In this document: positions 61,301 to 64,000 of the stretch, piece by piece | Layout of the letters: each line of letters opens with the position of its first letter | Numbering within the stretch: the stretch's first letter is position 1 | Source of the DNA: Eimeria praecox | Taxonomy: Eukaryota | Assembly: GCA_963920595.1 (NCBI GenBank) | Contig: OY986947.1 | Coordinates: 6,200,001 to 6,264,000 of the forward strand | DNA length: 64,000 nucleotides | Direction of reading: 5' to 3' | The notes under the pieces: model-generated | The model's input: the letters and a program-made list of their open reading frames with translations, nothing else | Told to the model about the DNA's origin: nothing | Databases searched by the model: none | Position numbers and translations under genes: made by a program

Positions 61301-64000
61301 CGCCTTGTCCTCATCCTCGCTCTGCTTCTCCGGAGAGCCGTCTGCCTTGCCCTCAGAAGCACCATCACCATCTCCATCCCCAGCACCCTTGGCCGCCACT
61401 GAAGTAGCCGCCTTGGCCCCCAGACCTTTAGGAAGAGGAAGAGGAGGACCCTTCGCGCCAAGTGCTTTAGGAGGCAGGGGCGCTTTAGTCAAAGCTTTCG
61501 CCTTGTCCTCATCCTCGCTCTGCTTCTCCGGAGAGCCGTCTGCCTTGCCCTCAGAAGCACCATCACCATCTCCATCCCCAGCACCCTTGGCCGCCACTGA
61601 AGTAGCCGCCTTGGCCCCCAAACCTTTAGGAAGAGGAAGAGGAGGACCCTTCGCGCCAAGTGCTTTAGGAGGCAGGGGCGCTTTAGTCAAAGCTTTCGCC
61701 TTGTCCTCATCCCCGCTCTGCTTCTCCGGAGAGCCGTCTGCCTTGCCCTCAGAAGCACCATCACCATCTCCATCCCCAGCACCCTTGGCCGCCACTGAAG
61801 TAGCCGCCTTGGCCCCCAGACATTTAGGAAGAGGAAGAGGAGGACCCTTCACGCCAAGTGCTTTAGGAGGCAGGGGCACCTTGCCCACAGACTTCGCCTT
61901 GTCCTCATCCTCGCTTTGCTTCTCCAGAGAGCCGTCTGCCTTGCCCTCAGAAGCACCATCACCATCTCCATCCCCAGCACCCTTGGCCGCCACTGAAGTA
62001 GCCGCCTTGGCCCCCAAACCTTTAGGAAGAGGAAGAGGAGGACCCTTCGCGCCAAGTGCTTTAGGAGGCAGGGGCACCTTGCCCACAGACTTCGCCTTGT
62101 CCTCATCCTCGCTCTGCTTCTCCGGAGAGCCGTCTGCCTTGCCCTCAGAAGCACCATCACCATCTCCATCCCCAGCACCCTTGGCCGCCACTGAAGTAGC
62201 CGCCTTGGCCCCCAGACATTTAAGAAGAGGAAGAGGAGGACCCTTCACGCCAAGTGCTTTAGGAGGCAGGGGCGCCTTGCTCACAGACTTCGCCTTGTCC
62301 TCATCTTCGCTCGGTTTCTCCGGAGAGCCCTCCGCCTTGCCCTCAGAAGCACCATCACCATCTCCATCCCCAGCACCCTTGGCCGCCACTGAAGTAGCCG
62401 CCTTGGCCCCCAGACCTTTAGGAAGAGGAGGAGGAGGACCCTTCGCGCCAAGTGCTTTAGGAGGCAGGGGCGCCTTGCCCACAGACTTCGCCTTGTCCTC
62501 ATCCTCGCTCTGCTTCTCCGGAGAGCCGTCTGCCTTGCCCTCAGAAGCACCATCACCATCTCCATCCCCAGCACCCTTGGCCGCCACTGAAGTAGCCGCC
62601 TTGGCCCCCAAACCTTTAGGAAGAGGAAGAGGAGGACCCTTCGCGCCAAGTGCTTTAGGAGGCAGGGGCGCTTTAGTCAAAGCTCTCGCCTTGTCCTCAT
62701 CCTCGCTCTGCTTCTCCGGAGAGCCGTCTGCCTTGCCCTCAGAAGCACCATCACCATCTCCATCCCCAGCACCCTTGGCCGCCACTGAAGTAGCCGCCTT
62801 GGCCCCCAAACCTTTAGGAAGAGGAGGAGGAGGACCCTTCGCGCCAAGTGCTTTAGGAGGCAGGGGCACCTTGCCCACAGACTTCGCCTTGTCCTCATCC
62901 TCGCTCTGCTTCTCCGGAGAGCCGTCTGCCTTGCCCTCAGAAGCACCATCACCATCTCCATCCCCAGCACCCTTGGCCGCCACTGAAGTAGCCGCCTTGG
63001 CCCCCAAACCTTTAGGAAGAGGAGGAGGAGGACCCTTCGCGCCAAGTGCTTTAGGAGGCAGGGGCACCTTGCCCACAGACTTCGCCTTGTCCTCATCCTC
63101 GCTCTGCTTCTCCGGAGAGCCGTCTGCCTTGCCCTCAGAAGCACCATCACCATCTCCATCCCCAGCACCCTTGGCCGTCACTGAAGTAGCCGCCTTGGAC
63201 CCCAAACCTTTAGCAAGAGGAGGAGGAGGACCCTTCGCGCCAAGTGCTTTAGGAAGCAGGGGCACCTTGCCCACAGACTTCGCCTTGTCCTCATCCTCGC
63301 TCTGCTTCTCCGGAGAGCCGTCTGCCTTGCCCTCAGAAGCACCATCACCATCTCCATCCCCAGCACCCTTGGCCGCCACTGAAGTAGCCGCCTTGGCCCC
63401 CAAACCTTTAGGAAGAGGAGGAGGAGGACCCTTCGCGCCAACTGCTTTAGGAGGCATGGGCACCTTGCCCACAGACTTCGCCTTGTCCTCATCCTCGCTC
63501 TGCTTCTCCGGAGAGCCGTCTGCCTTGCCCTCAGAAGCACCATCACCATCTCCATCCCCAGCACCCTTGGCCGCCACTGAAGTAGCCGCCTTGGCCCCCA
63601 AACCTTTAGGAAGAGGAGGAGGAGGACCCTTCGCGCCAAGTGCTTTAGGAGGCAGGGGCGCCTTGCCCACAGACTTCGCCTTGTCCTCATCCTCGCTCTG
63701 CTTCTCCGGAGAGCCGTCTGCCTTGCCCTCAGAAGCACCATCACCATCTCCATCCCCAGCACCCTTGGCCGCCACTGAAGTAGCCGCCTTGGCCCCCAAA
63801 CCTTTAGGAAGAGGAGGAGGAGGACCCTTCGCGCCAAGTGCTTTAGGAGGCAGGGGCACCTTGCCCACAGACTTCGCCTTGTCCTCATCCTCGCTCTGCT
63901 TCTCCGGAGAGCCGTCTGCCTTGCCCTCAGAAGCACCATCACCATCCTCATCCCCAGCACCCTTGGCCGCCACTGAAGTAGCCGCCTTGGCCCCCAAACC
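55314..64000 (-). CDS. Large multi-exon protein: N-terminal 66-aa tandem repeat, highly divergent myosin-motor-like domain, low-complexity tail; 5' end outside window
   Basis: Collinear minus-strand ORFs 63997-60908, 60810-59785, 59523-59182, 59240-58866, 59002-58637, 58629-58432, 57895-57272, 57074-55314. They carry myosin-like motifs in the correct order: LPPVQF..QVISVVGGFCHGT; VLALWGTT..WRWAIGFNNTGQPTG; RSVLYEALFYFVVQLAN; SFGFP..DFVVGNTFLFCR. Exact exon boundaries not resolved. Confidence 0.6.
61100..64000 (-). repeat. Coding tandem repeat, 198-bp (66-aa) unit, at least 14 full copies plus a partial; runs off the window end
   Basis: Unit GAKAATSVAAKGAGDGDGDGASEGKADGSPEKQSEDEDKAKSVGKVPLPPKALGAKGPPPPLPKGL repeats in frame with few substitutions and one 3-bp deletion. 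Confidence 0.97.

Noticed and set aside
60908..63997. Formin call from the poly-Pro repeats
   Set aside because: No FH2 domain recognised in the window; the downstream motifs fit myosin better.

Overview
Eukaryotic, intron-rich DNA with the hallmarks of an Eimeria (coccidian apicomplexan) chromosome. About 1-51 kb is a repeat-rich 'R'-type segment: AT-rich, with (TA)n/(TATC)n microsatellites, CAG tracts, interstitial TTTAGGG and TGCATGCA. From about 51-52 kb it switches abruptly to a repeat-poor, GC-balanced 'P'-type segment. Genes reconstructed by hand: CCT4/TCP-1 delta (+, 12 exons in window), dCMP deaminase (-, 12 exons), a single-exon hypothetical protein, CAF-1 subunit B (-, 8 exons, one GC-AG intron), an intronless GPR89/GPHR, a multi-exon hypothetical protein, tRNA-Ser(CGA), and a large minus-strand gene. 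That last gene combines a 66-aa Pro/acidic tandem repeat with what looks like a strongly degenerate myosin motor domain. The most striking pattern is that introns of all three conserved multi-exon genes carry tandem copies of their own exon ends. Acceptor plus exon-start copies lie upstream of the true exon; exon-end plus donor copies lie downstream. The copies are separated by microsatellite or telomere-like spacers, some arrays decay with distance from the exon, and the substitutions are mostly synonymous. All exon calls and counts are manual and need RNA-seq, HMM and long-read confirmation.
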